This document shows positions 1 through 11,100 of a DNA stretch of 64,000 nucleotides, piece after piece. This DNA is from Antedon mediterranea. Its lineage: Eukaryota; Animalia; Echinodermata. The stretch covers positions 11,318,948 through 11,382,947 of the forward strand of contig NC_092673.1 in NCBI RefSeq assembly GCF_964355755.1, given 5' to 3'. A model generated the notes under the pieces. That model was given only the letters and a program-made list of their open reading frames with translations. It was not told the DNA's origin and did no database searches. Positions within the stretch are counted from its first letter, which is position 1. Each line of letters begins with the position of its first letter. The position numbers and the translations under genes were made by a program.

Positions 1-1890
1 TTGTAAACATCATGAAAAGCTTCGCTTGACGACGTTACATAAATGTCAAAATGTTAACATAGTTAACAAAATGTTATGTTTGCGAGTTTTAGAGAAAAGC
101 GTTACACAAAAATCATACAGAAAGAAAGAAGAAGAATAAAAAGTTGATGATGATGATGATGATGATGATGATTTCGTACAATCACAAGAGGTTATCCTGC
201 AACTTCGTTGCGGATAACCAAAAATAAAAAGATGATGATTTCGTACAATCACAAGAGGTTATCCTGCAACTTCGTTGCGGATAACCAACTAGACATGTAA
301 CTCGTCACTTTGACGAGTTTGGTTATCCGCCGCGCAAGTGGTGCAACATTAACATTAAGGGGATAGGTTGAGGACAAAAGGAAGTGTTCACGTTGGCATT
401 ATGACCTGAACTGAAGAATATGATATGTTGTTATTGCTGAATTTTATTATTTAAATTCATATATAGTATACACAGTATAATCTGTATCCATATCACATAC
501 AGTGACATACAGTGTAGAATAGGTGAAATTACGGGACCCGCTATTTATTGCAATTTTTAACATGTTGACGGTTTTAAAATGAAACGCGAAGGTAGCAATT
601 CCGAAAGGAAATTATCTCAGCAACAACGTATTAGCGTGTAGAAGAAATTTTAATACGTGAAATATTGATGAGCGCTCTTTTAAATGTAATGAATTATGAC
701 GCAAAAGATGAAAATACGACCTTTTTTATTTAACTGGCCATATGATGACGTCACAACATCCGATGGGCAACATTTTTACATAATTTCGTATCTACAATCC
801 AATAGCTTCCAGAAAAAGTTTTAATCGTGATTATCACATTTTATTCTTACGAGCTATAACAGATTAAAATTTACTGTAAAGATGAAATTGATGCCACACG
901 TGATTTAAATTTTTAGGCATGATGACGTCAAAAAAATTAAAATATTTTTAACTCATGCAAAAGATAGTTGATTGACCTAGACAATATCAAAATCTGGGTG
1001 AAAATGGAAAACGAATAAGTGGAGATGCGCTCTATTCAATGTGATGAGCTATGACGAAAGATACAAAAATCCTAAATTTTATATTCGCGTGGCTATACGA
1101 TGACGTCACAATGTCCGGTTAGCCATATTAATACCTGATCCGATACCTACAACTCATCTACTTCCAGAATATGTCATCCACAAAAAGTTGACCGTCTAGT
1201 TTAGAAATTACGACTGTTTAAAAAAAGGCATATTTTAAACGAATTTTTTAACCTTTTCATTAAAAACGCGCGCAAATTGTCCAATTCGACGTGCTCGTAT
1301 GACGTATCTTTAAGTCGAAATTGTTTAAAATTTGGTAAAATTATTAGAAAAGGCTGGAAAAACATAAATCACGCGAAAAAAATACGTTTTCAATGCTACG
1401 TGCGCACCGCACACGTAAAAATGTGCGCACGCGTGGGAATTTTTGACATGCTTAAAACGACATGAAACGCGTAGAAAGTTGATTATAAATTAATTTTGCG
1501 CATTTTGAATATTTAAATGCGCGTGCGCGCGTAACTTTGTGTAAAACACGCAATTTTTTTTCAACAGAAAGTTAGCGCATGAAATAAATTAAACTTTTGC
1601 AAAGTTTCACTTTAAAATGTTATTTGGTTTTCGACATATGTTAAATACGAGAAAATCGTTAAATCGCGCGTACGTCACGTTGCGCAATTGTAAACATCAT
1701 GAAAAGCTTCGCTTGACGACGTTACATAAATGTCAAAATGTTAACATAGTTAACAAAATGTTATGTTTGCAAGTTTTAGAGAAAAGCGTTACACAAAAAT
1801 CATACAGAAAGAAAGAAGATTAAGAAAAAGATGTTGATGATTTCGTACAATCACAAGAGGTTATCCTGCAACTTCGTTGCGGATAACCAA
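1..1890 (-). mobile_element. Non-autonomous Helitron2/Helentron-like family, about 1.5 kb units: one full copy 289..1890 plus ends of others
   Basis: On the minus strand the 3' end is the hairpin ACTCGTCA-aag-TGACGAGT followed by CTAG. Sub-terminal inverted repeats GTTATCCGC/GCGGATAAC. 5' hairpin next to (GAT)n and GAA-rich tracts. Confidence 0.75.
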
Positions 1891-2688
1891 TAAAGATTTT
1901 GACAGAATCAAGAGGTTATATGCATGATAATGCATATAACCTAACAAGTGGTTTATTTGGTTGGAGGGACAGAAAATTGGCCTCAAATTGTCCCATAAAT
2001 AACTTTTGCAAAAGATTGCGCCATTTTTGTGCCCATCGCTGTGCCATGAATTTGAAGGTAATAGTCATTTCCAAAAATAAAATTGTTGGTGGTTAAAATC
2101 AACATGACCAGTTCTCGTAAATGAGCTTTAGTAGGCGTTTTGCCTGGAATTTGTTTGTAATTTAAAATACATGCGTCGGATCCTTCTTCGTGAGGGATAT
2201 TAGTATACAATGATGAAACATCTAATGTAGCCAGAACAGAATTGTTAGGTAAATTTTGAATTTGGTTAATTTTGCGGATAAAGTCCGTGGAGTCCTGAAT
2301 GTATGAAGGGAGATCAGTCACATATGTTCTAAGTAAATCATCCACATATTCAGAAATTTTCTATGTAGCAGTGCCATTGCCCGAAATAATGGGTCTACCA
2401 GGATTGCCTGCTTTGTGGATTTTAGGTAGGAAATAAAATCTGCCTGGTGCCAAATGAGGTCCAATTTTAGGATCGATGGAGTGTTTTTTAACCATCACAG
2501 AAACAGATTTGGCCACCTTATCCGCAATTTCCGGATATATATATATAAATATATAAATTTAAAGGCATTACTGAACAAATGACAATGCTGTGGTTATCAG
2601 TGGCTGGATCTCAATGGAGATACAAAAAAAAGCGAAAAGCTAAATCAAAACGATAAAGTAAAACAGCCAGAAAAGTTAGCAGAGCTTT
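1885..2688 (-). mobile_element. Penelope-like retroelement fragment (RT) with adjacent terminal-repeat-like segment
   Basis: FYFLPKIHK..PGRPII, SYIQDSTDF, LDVSSLYTNIP and YLQIHGTAMG are PLE-type RT motifs. Segment 2562..2688 recurs at 35858..35989. Confidence 0.8.
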
Positions 2689-5131
2689 CTTGTTTACTTG
2701 TTTACTTGTTTCCCGTACACTTTCGTCTACGGGATCGAGGCGAAGCACTCAGTGCTTAAAAGCCCCTCTTAGCAATAAAATCATATTCTATATAGGGTGA
2801 AAACTTCAACGGGTGGTTGGACCATGCGACGTTAAGTTTTGCTTTGAACAAGTTCACCGTAGCACATGACACTACATCCGTAGGCAGAGCATTCCATAAG
2901 AGAATAACTCTCCTGGAAAACGTGTCCCTCCTAATATTAAGACGAGAGCTTTTAAACTTGAGTTTATATGGGTGTCCACGGGTCCGAGATTCTAGATCAA
3001 ATTCAAAAAATGTGTTGATCGAAATACGATCGAAACCTTTTACAATCCTAAAAACTTGGATAATATCCGCTCTCTGCCTTCGATATCTCATGGTAGGAAG
3101 ACCAAGAATTCTCAATCGTTGTTCATAAGGCATATTACGGTACCTAGGAATCAATCTTGTTGCTCTTTGCTGGACCTTCTCTATTTCATCCTGATCTCGT
3201 TTTCTAATAGGATTATTAACAGTATTACAATATTCAAACGTTGGCCTGACAATAGACTTTATTCAAGAATTTAAAAGATCTATAAATCATTCCTAGTTTC
3301 TTATTAGCTCTTTTACAAATATCCGCTACATGCAAATTAAATATTAAACTAGGATCAAAGGTAACACCTAGACCTTTCTCCTGCTTTACCTCATGTAGTA
3401 AATTACCAGCCATTGAATACAAGAAATTGGGATTATCACGACCATAATGAAATACCTTACACTTAGTGTCATTAAATGGCAATTGCCAAACATTAGACCA
3501 ATGGGAAGCACTGTCAATGTCTCTCTGAAATAAATCCGCATCCTCAATGTTATTGACCACTCTATACAACTTAGTGTCGTCTGCAAATAAACGAATACTA
3601 GACTCGACAACATCAGGTAAATCGTTAATGACGATTGAAAATAAGATTTGGCCCACAACGCTACCCTGTGGAATTCCACTTAATACTGGAGCCTGTGATG
3701 ATAATTGACCATTGACACTAACTCGTTGTGTTCTATTTGACAAATAATTAGAGAACCATCCTAGTAGATTTCCCGTAATACCAAAACCTTTCAATTTGAC
3801 TAAAAGCCTTTGGTGTGGCACACTATCAAAAGCCTTTTTATAGTCTAAATATACATAATCAAAGCTATCATAGTTATCCAGGTTAGTAGTTCAACTCTTC
3901 AGGACATCAAGTAGTTGTAATGCACATGATCCGCTACCTTGTCTGAATCCAAATTGCTCATTGCACAAAAGACCATTACTCTCAAGATACATTACAAGTT
4001 TATCCCTAATGATCCATTCCATCATTTTCCCTATGACCGACGTTAAACTAACCGGTCTGTAGTTAGCCGGGTCCTCCTTTTTGCCTTTTTTAAATATAGG
4101 TATTACAATTGCCTCCTTCCACGATAGAGGGACCTTCTGATCATTGAATAATCTAGTGAATATTAGACTGAGAGGGTAAACAATTTGATTTAATTTTTTA
4201 ATTCAATTAAAACCCGTGGGTGAAAGCCATCAGGGCCAGCTGACTGATCTATAACTAAGGGCCTGTTTCTATTGAAAAATAAAAAAAGAACGGTTTTTTG
4301 GAAACCGGTTTCGGCTGTTGTTTATAAATAAAGATCGCGTTGCAGCTCAATTTTTACTCCAATAAAACCGGTTCCGTCCATGTGCATTCGTTATGAATGA
4401 CATCATTATATACACCACAATGCAGTTCGTTAGGCGGAAGCGTGATTGGATCGAGGTCATGTTTACTTTTTTTTCGCATAGCGCGATCCCCAAGAAATAG
4501 CATCCATTTCATCATAGAAGGGGGAATTATTACCTGAAACGTTATTGTGGTCCTTGGTTAAAGTATAGGTACTATGATTGGCCTCTGATATTGTCAAGTT
4601 GAACTCGTCTAGCTTTCACACGCTTTACAATATTCTTAAAAACATGTAGGCCTTAGGCCTACGTGAGTCTTTCTTCCGACTCCCGACAAGTCCCCTCATC
4701 TTCTTCCCTTCACATATTTTTTACAAACCTCGTAATGGCATCGGTCAACATTTTTTAGTTAAATAAAATACTCACTATCTAGAGAAATAAAGGTTTGACT
4801 GCGAGTTGACCGCAATCGTCCCAGTGCAGCAGACTGGAGAGTTCAATTTTTGGGGTCAAATTGAGACCGCGATTGTGTTGCAGCTAAAATTTGCTCCACG
4901 GAAACCGGTTTCAGAACGGTTCTTTGCGATCGAGACCGCAATCAATTGGGGTTTTTGAAACCGTTTTTAAGATCGGTTCTTTTTTGTGGTTTTTTGTGGG
5001 GACCCATTTCTGCTGGCAAGAAAAAACGGTTCTTGAAAAGAACGGTATTCAAAACCGTATTCTCTGCTCTATAGAAACAGGCCCTAAGTTAGACAACAGC
5101 TTATGAATATCTTCTACATTAAACTCAATAT
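2689..5131 (-). mobile_element. CR1-group LINE, 5'-truncated and decayed, interrupted by a MITE
   Basis: RT motifs KAFDSVPH, SGIPQGSV, LFADDTKL and C-terminal RTRGHPYKL; frameshifts; (TAAACAAG)n 3' tail at 2689..2712. Confidence 0.88.
4259..5084. mobile_element. PIF/Harbinger-type MITE
   Basis: TIR GGGCCTGTTTCTAT at both ends and TAA duplication; the LINE reading frame resumes across it. Confidence 0.85.
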
Positions 5132-5134
5132 CTG

Positions 5135-6240
5135 ACAAAGAAGAGTGTAACTACTTCAGGGTACTTGGAAAAATATTCAACTACAATAAGATGATCTCTG
5201 ACAGCGAATGTAAATATATCTGCGCCCAGCTTAGCCCATGGTCTCATAGGAACTTTATGTGGAATCATCGGCTCCCGTTGATTTCTACGCATGAACTTTA
5301 CACAAACAGGGCATCTTGACACTGCTGATTCTATATCATTGGTCATACCTGGCCAATACTATTTATTTATTTATTTTTATTTATTCGACTTCTCACTAAC
5401 TCAGTTAGTGAAGGATCTGGACCAACAGGTGGTAAACACCTCTAAAACGGCCCAGTCCCAATTTGCACAGTGGCTGTGTGTGACAGTGGCTGTGTTTGTG
5501 TGGACTAGTACACCGGAGTAACCCCCTACTCGTCTCGAAAGATGTACTAGGTTCTTTAAAGTGCGCATGAGCTAGTGTACACTGGACCTACGGTTTATAG
5601 TCCTTATCCGAGAAGACTCGTTCTACCACCAGAACCATGGAGCGAGTGAGCCTCGAACCCTTGCCGATGTTATGGCTACTAAATTACGGTTCCACTGTCT
5701 TAACCGCTCGGCCACTCACTCACTAATACATAATAGATCTGGCCCTCGCCTTACACTTCTCCATCCCAAGGTGACTTTCATGAATTTTATTCAGCATATC
5801 TGCTCTCATTTGGCTAGGAACAATCAACTTCTCACCTAAAAACACAAGACCATCAATTTCATGTATCTCATCACGAAGATGCCAATACTGCCTAATTTGC
5901 TCCGGTGCACCCCATCTATGTTTAGGCCACCCGTTTTTGCATGTTAGAATTAGAGTTTGGAGTACCACATCTGCCCGTGTAGCTCGTATTGCTTCTACAA
6001 TTCTTGCTTTACTCATGGGCAATAGGCCTATTTCGTCTAGACTATGCACCCTATATTTCAACTGTTCAAGGGGTTGAGCATCACGATCAACCTTATCAGG
6101 ATATGCTCTGCTGAGAGCATCAGCTATGTACATGTACTTTCCAGGAACATACTTAACATCAAGTTCATGCTTTATCAATTTGAGCAGCATTAGTTGTATT
6201 CTAGGACTAGCTTAATGGAGTGGTTTACGTGTGATTGTTT
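5135..6240 (-). mobile_element. Gypsy LTR retrotransposon pol fragment (RNase H end, integrase zinc domain and start of core)
   Basis: YVPGK..ADALSR, HESHLGMEKCKARAR..YWPGM..CPVC, PWAKLGADIF, VEYFSKYPEV. Confidence 0.88.
5360..5724 (-). mobile_element. tRNA-derived SINE inserted in the Gypsy fragment
   Basis: A box TGGCCGAGCGG, B box GGTTCGAG, (TAAA)n tail and AATAC duplication; splits the IMY|WPG coding sequence. Confidence 0.85.
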
Positions 6241-6701
6241 CGACCATCAAAATAAAAGGGTGGAGGCGGCTTAAATTTCAACGATTTCATTTTGAGTGAA
6301 TTTCCACTATTCTGACACCATATTACAAGTGTGACTCGTCAACACGGTTCTTTTAATTCAACTGTTTTATTAATTCACCGAGCGTAACGTAGTTTGCATA
6401 ATTAGCAAATAACAAACAAATATAATTAGCATATTAACAGAACATATGTGACATCTTCCCTTTTCTAACAAAATAAATTTCTAAAGTGTCCTTCTTTTTT
6501 TTTAAAAATCAATATCAAAAGTAAATTAGACACAATATATCACATTTCTCATAATAAATAATATTACTTTTCTTACTTGTCATTTTTTCAGTAATTTACC
6601 TTTGGATTTGTATATAATTTGAAACGATAAAGATGAGGAAATCAGTGAGAGGGCTTTCATGGTTTGTTCAAACTCGATTGGATAGCGACTCTTTAACATT
6701 C

Positions 6702-6770
6702 TCGTCGGAAAAGCACTAGTCCTCAGTTGTACCTAATAGGTACAACTGAGGACTAGTGCTGTTCCGACGA
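6702..6770. repeat. Near-perfect palindrome (mini foldback element)
   Basis: Arms TCGTCGGAAAAGCACTAGTCCTCAGTTGTACCTA of about 34 bp with one mismatch. Confidence 0.85.
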
Positions 6771-6839
6771 CTAATGGTTCACAATTACATAATATAAAGC
6801 AACACAAATTCTACTGACTTATTAACAGTAAATGTTTTT

Positions 6840-7640
6840 TAAATATTTCAGTCCTATGTGACATAGCTTTAATAAAAATGATTTACTTTTATTGTCAAAA
6901 ATGGAGCAAATTGATTTATCTTGATATAATTTATTATGTCGTCTAGTAGTGATGCTTAAATTCTGTTGAACCATTAAAAAAAATGTCCCAATAATATTCA
7001 TTAAATTGTACATAAGTCACTTTTCAATTCAGTAAACAAGTATTTCTTACAGAGGATAAACTTACACAATCAAACAAGAAACGATCAATTGTTTCTATTA
7101 AAATACTTTTACAAATGAGACAATGGCCTGAGTAGGAATCTGACCATAATCGCTTTCTGCCTTCTAAATCTAAGTTATTGGTTCTTGCTTTGAATTTTAG
7201 GTTCGCTCCTTTAAAATGTATTCTATCTAAAAGGTAAATTCCATATATGGTGTATTTTTATATTTAACGTAGTCAGTTATGTCGTTTTTGTTTTTTGCCT
7301 TTTCAAACTAATCATTCAGAAATATTTTTCTTAAAAGATTTGCACCAATAACCTTGAGGTTCCATATTGAATTTGTCATTTAAGTTACACTTTTCCGAAA
7401 TTCATTTAACATTTTCAATCCATTTCCATCTTGTTGAAAATCTAACCTCCATAAGTTCTTTACATAATAAATGTGGCCACCTATAATCTTCCATCGTCTT
7501 AAGTCTATTAAAGTAACTTATTCTAAATTTGTTTTTTAATGTTTCAATGGATTGCCATCCTAAATCACCTAATAATACTTCATTGGCGACATTTCTAGGT
7601 GCTTTTAATATGATTTTAGCCATTTGGTACTGTAAATTCT
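6840..7640 (-). mobile_element. Decayed LINE ORF2 C-terminal region (RTE/RTEX-like)
   Basis: ILKAPRNVANEVLLGDLGW..RISYFNRL..RWP; broken frame. Confidence 0.55.
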
Positions 7641-7694
7641 CAAGTTTTTTCTCTCAGGTTAACACAGGCGTATATCAGTGCCTTTTGCGTAGGG

Positions 7695-7853
7695 CATATC
7701 TGATTGGTCGATTGCGGCCACCATCTTGTTTAAGAATAACTTTTTGAACTGCGATAACATTGTAGTTTACCATCCAGCCTTCGGCTATATAAAATAATAT
7801 ATATCATTGATTTAAAAAACATCTTAGAGGGCGCTACCTACATTAATGTCAAA
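7695..7853 (+). promoter_or_regulatory. Putative QTRT1 proximal promoter
   Basis: CTGATTGG near 7700 and YY1-like motifs (GCCACCATCTTG near 7718; AAAATGGC over the start codon). Confidence 0.35.
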
Positions 7854-8108
7854 ATGGCAGCCCCCATTAGTTCATTGGCGTCCAAACCCACACGTGTTTC
7901 CAAATGTTTATCTCTTCAAATTCTAGCTGAATGTAGTACAACTAAAGCGAGAACATGTAAACTATCTCTTCCACATCAAACTGTTGATACACCTGTATTT
8001 ATGCCCGTAGGAACTCAAGGAACAATGAAAGGTTTAACGGTGGGCCAGCTTGAGGAACTCGATTGTCAAATTATTCTTGGAAACACATATCATCTGGGGA
8101 TGAGACCG
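7854..8108 (+). CDS. QTRT1: QTRT1 exon 1
   Basis: ATG in aaaATGg context; ...[17 protein letters not shown]...[12 protein letters not shown]; donor GTTAGT at 8109. Confidence 0.93.
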
Positions 8109-11100
8109 GTTAGTATTCCTAAATTAGCCATATATTGAGCAAATCTGTGAAAAAATTTAAAAGAAGCTAATTTCAACTGATTTTGGTAGGTATGGGTATG
8201 GACAACTACCAAAAAAATAGAAGGGAAGATAGGGGCTGGGTAAAATTTTTTATCGGAGGTCAAAGTTATTGACCGTTGCTAAATAGCTAGACTTGCCCCA
8301 AGTCTGTATTTATTGTCTTTTTTTTATATTTATTTGTTTTTATTTCGACCGCGATTTTTCTCTGAAAATACAGACTTGTGAAACACGTATCGAAATCGAT
8401 TTGGAGACCGCAAACATCCGATAAGAATGACGTAGGTTATCATACCGTATTTGGCTATATGGGGCGGGCGGTATGTAAATATGGATTTCGAATCAACCAA
8501 TGATCATTTTGTTTCAAAATGAAAAAGATAGAGTACGTACAGTGCTGAATGTACGATCGAGACTGAACAACTGTTGAAATATAAAATCGTGTTGCCAAGT
8601 TGTTTTGTTTATTAATTGTTTAGTCCTGGCCTAGGCCTCCTTCGTAGGGATACTCAACTCGTACGTATGACCTGCCAAATAGAACGCCAATAAAGTACAT
8701 ACCACCACCGACCGGCACACAACAGGGCTACACCGGCACACAACAGGGCTACACCACCACACAGAACAGGACAGGGTATGGCTGGGTGGGAAATAAATTA
8801 AATTATCTCCGCATAATAAATGATCCATTCAATGTTTGATTTGCGGAGAAGCTAGCCTATCATATCAAGACGAGTTTTCATGTTCTTGGGAAAAATCCCA
8901 TCAAATGTTTACCAGACTACTAGGCATATAAAATCATTTCTAGCTTTCAGAAACTGTCATCAATGTACCCAAAGTGCACATTGTCTAAACGTAATATAGC
9001 GCATGCGCATCGTCTTAGATGTTGAGTCTTTGAAATTCTGAAATATGAATATTAAAACAGTGTACGAGTGAGTAGCCAATCACATGCAGCTGAAACTAGT
9101 CAACCGGATAATCGTATGCACCAAGAATTCTTGGTGTCAAACCACGTGACTTGTGCGTGTTTCCCCAGACGGAGTATCCAAACTCAAGTAATACACGTAT
9201 GAAACGCCATATGTGCAAAAATATTTATATTTTTACTAATATTAAGACAAAACTCCGTCTGGAGCCCAGACTACTAAATAGCTATAAATCCTTGTATGAA
9301 TCATATTTCGTCACTAGAATATGGTATCTAATTAAAATTGGTGTCAAAATGTGCAGAATTAAAAAAGGAATAACACTTAAAATAGAAGTCATGTCTTTGG
9401 ATCAAATCTTGACCACTAAAAATGAGGTCAAAAAGTCAAATTTTCTACATAAAATGGCATATAATTGATATTTCAGCAACATATAATGGTATATTGATTG
9501 ATGTTAAAATATGCAGAAAAAAAAGGAAGAAAACTTGGACCAAAAACAAACAACTTAAAAAATGAGGTCAAAGGTCAAAAGTATTTATGAACATGCTATT
9601 ATTAGTGATTGTTTTTTTTTAAATTAACAAAAATCCCCAAAACATTAACTTTGACATATTGAGGCGTACATGGTGTCAAAACGCACAGAATAAATGGGTC
9701 AAACTAAATTTGACAATGACCCTAAACCAAGTCTTGACCACCAAATACAAGGTTAAGATAATGCTGATAATAACTTACAGTAACTATCACCAAAACAAAA
9801 TAAACTAGACATGAAACTCGTCACTTTGACGAGTTAGTTATCCGCACGACAAACGCCACGTGCACGTCATACGTTGGGATATTGCACACAGAAAAAGATT
9901 ATGGCATTATGACCTGAACTGAAGAATATGATATGTTGTTATTGCTGAATTCTGTTATTTTGTGTCATATATAGTATACACAGTATAATCACATACAGTG
10001 TAGAATAGGTGAAATTACGGGACCTGCTATTTATTGCAATTTTTAACATGTTGACGGTTTTAAAATGCGACGGTAGCAATTTCGGAAGGAAATTATCTCA
10101 GCAACAACATATTAACGTGTAGAAGAAATTTTAATACGTGAAATATTAATGCGCGCTCTTTTAAATGTAATGAACTATGACGCAAAATATGAAAATACTG
10201 TACGACTTTTTTTATTTAACTGGCCATATGATGACGTCACAACATCCGATTGGCGAAAAGTTCACATGATTTCGTATCTACAATCCAATAGCTTCCAGAA
10301 AACGTTTTAATCGTGATTATCAGATTTTATTCTTACGAGCTATTACAGATTAAAATTTACTGTAAAGATGAAATTAATGACCCACGTAATTAAAATTTTT
10401 AGGCATGATGACGTTATAAAAATTAAAATATTTTTATCTGATGCTAAAGAAAGTTGATTGACCTAGACAATATATAAATGTAGGAGAAAAAGGAATACAG
10501 ATAAGCGTGATGCGCTCCATTGAATGTGATGAGCAATAACAAAAGAGACAAAAATCCTATATTTTACATTCGTGTGGCCATACGATTACGTCACAATGTT
10601 TTTTTAGCCTTATCGATGCATGATCCGATATCTACAACTCATCAACTTCTAGATTTTGTAATAAAAATAAACGGTTCATGGTTTACTTTAGAAACTATGA
10701 CTGTTTAAAAAAAGACATTATTTTGATGATTTTTTAAGCTTTTTCATAAAAAACGCGTACGAATTGTCTAATTCAACATGTTCGTATGGCGTTATTTAAA
10801 CTTGAAAAGGTCTAAATTGTTTTCAAAATTACTAGGAAAGGCTTGAAAAATATAATTCAAGAGGAAAAAATATGTTTTTAACGCTACGTGTGCACCGCAC
10901 GCGTAAAAAATTGCGCGCCCGTGGGAATTTTTGACATGCTCAAAATGACATGAAACGCGTAAAAAGTTGATTAGAAATTAATTTTGCGCATTTTGAAACT
11001 TTAAATGCGTGTGCGCGCGTAACTTCTTGTGAAACATGCCATTTTTAATCCGTAGAAAGTTTGCCCCTGGTATGACTTAAATTTTGTCAAAGTGTCAATA

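Noticed and set aside
5640-5724. tRNA-like sequence on the minus strand (also 41175..41260)
   Set aside because: No proper acceptor stem and fused to a repeat body and tail, so it is a SINE head.
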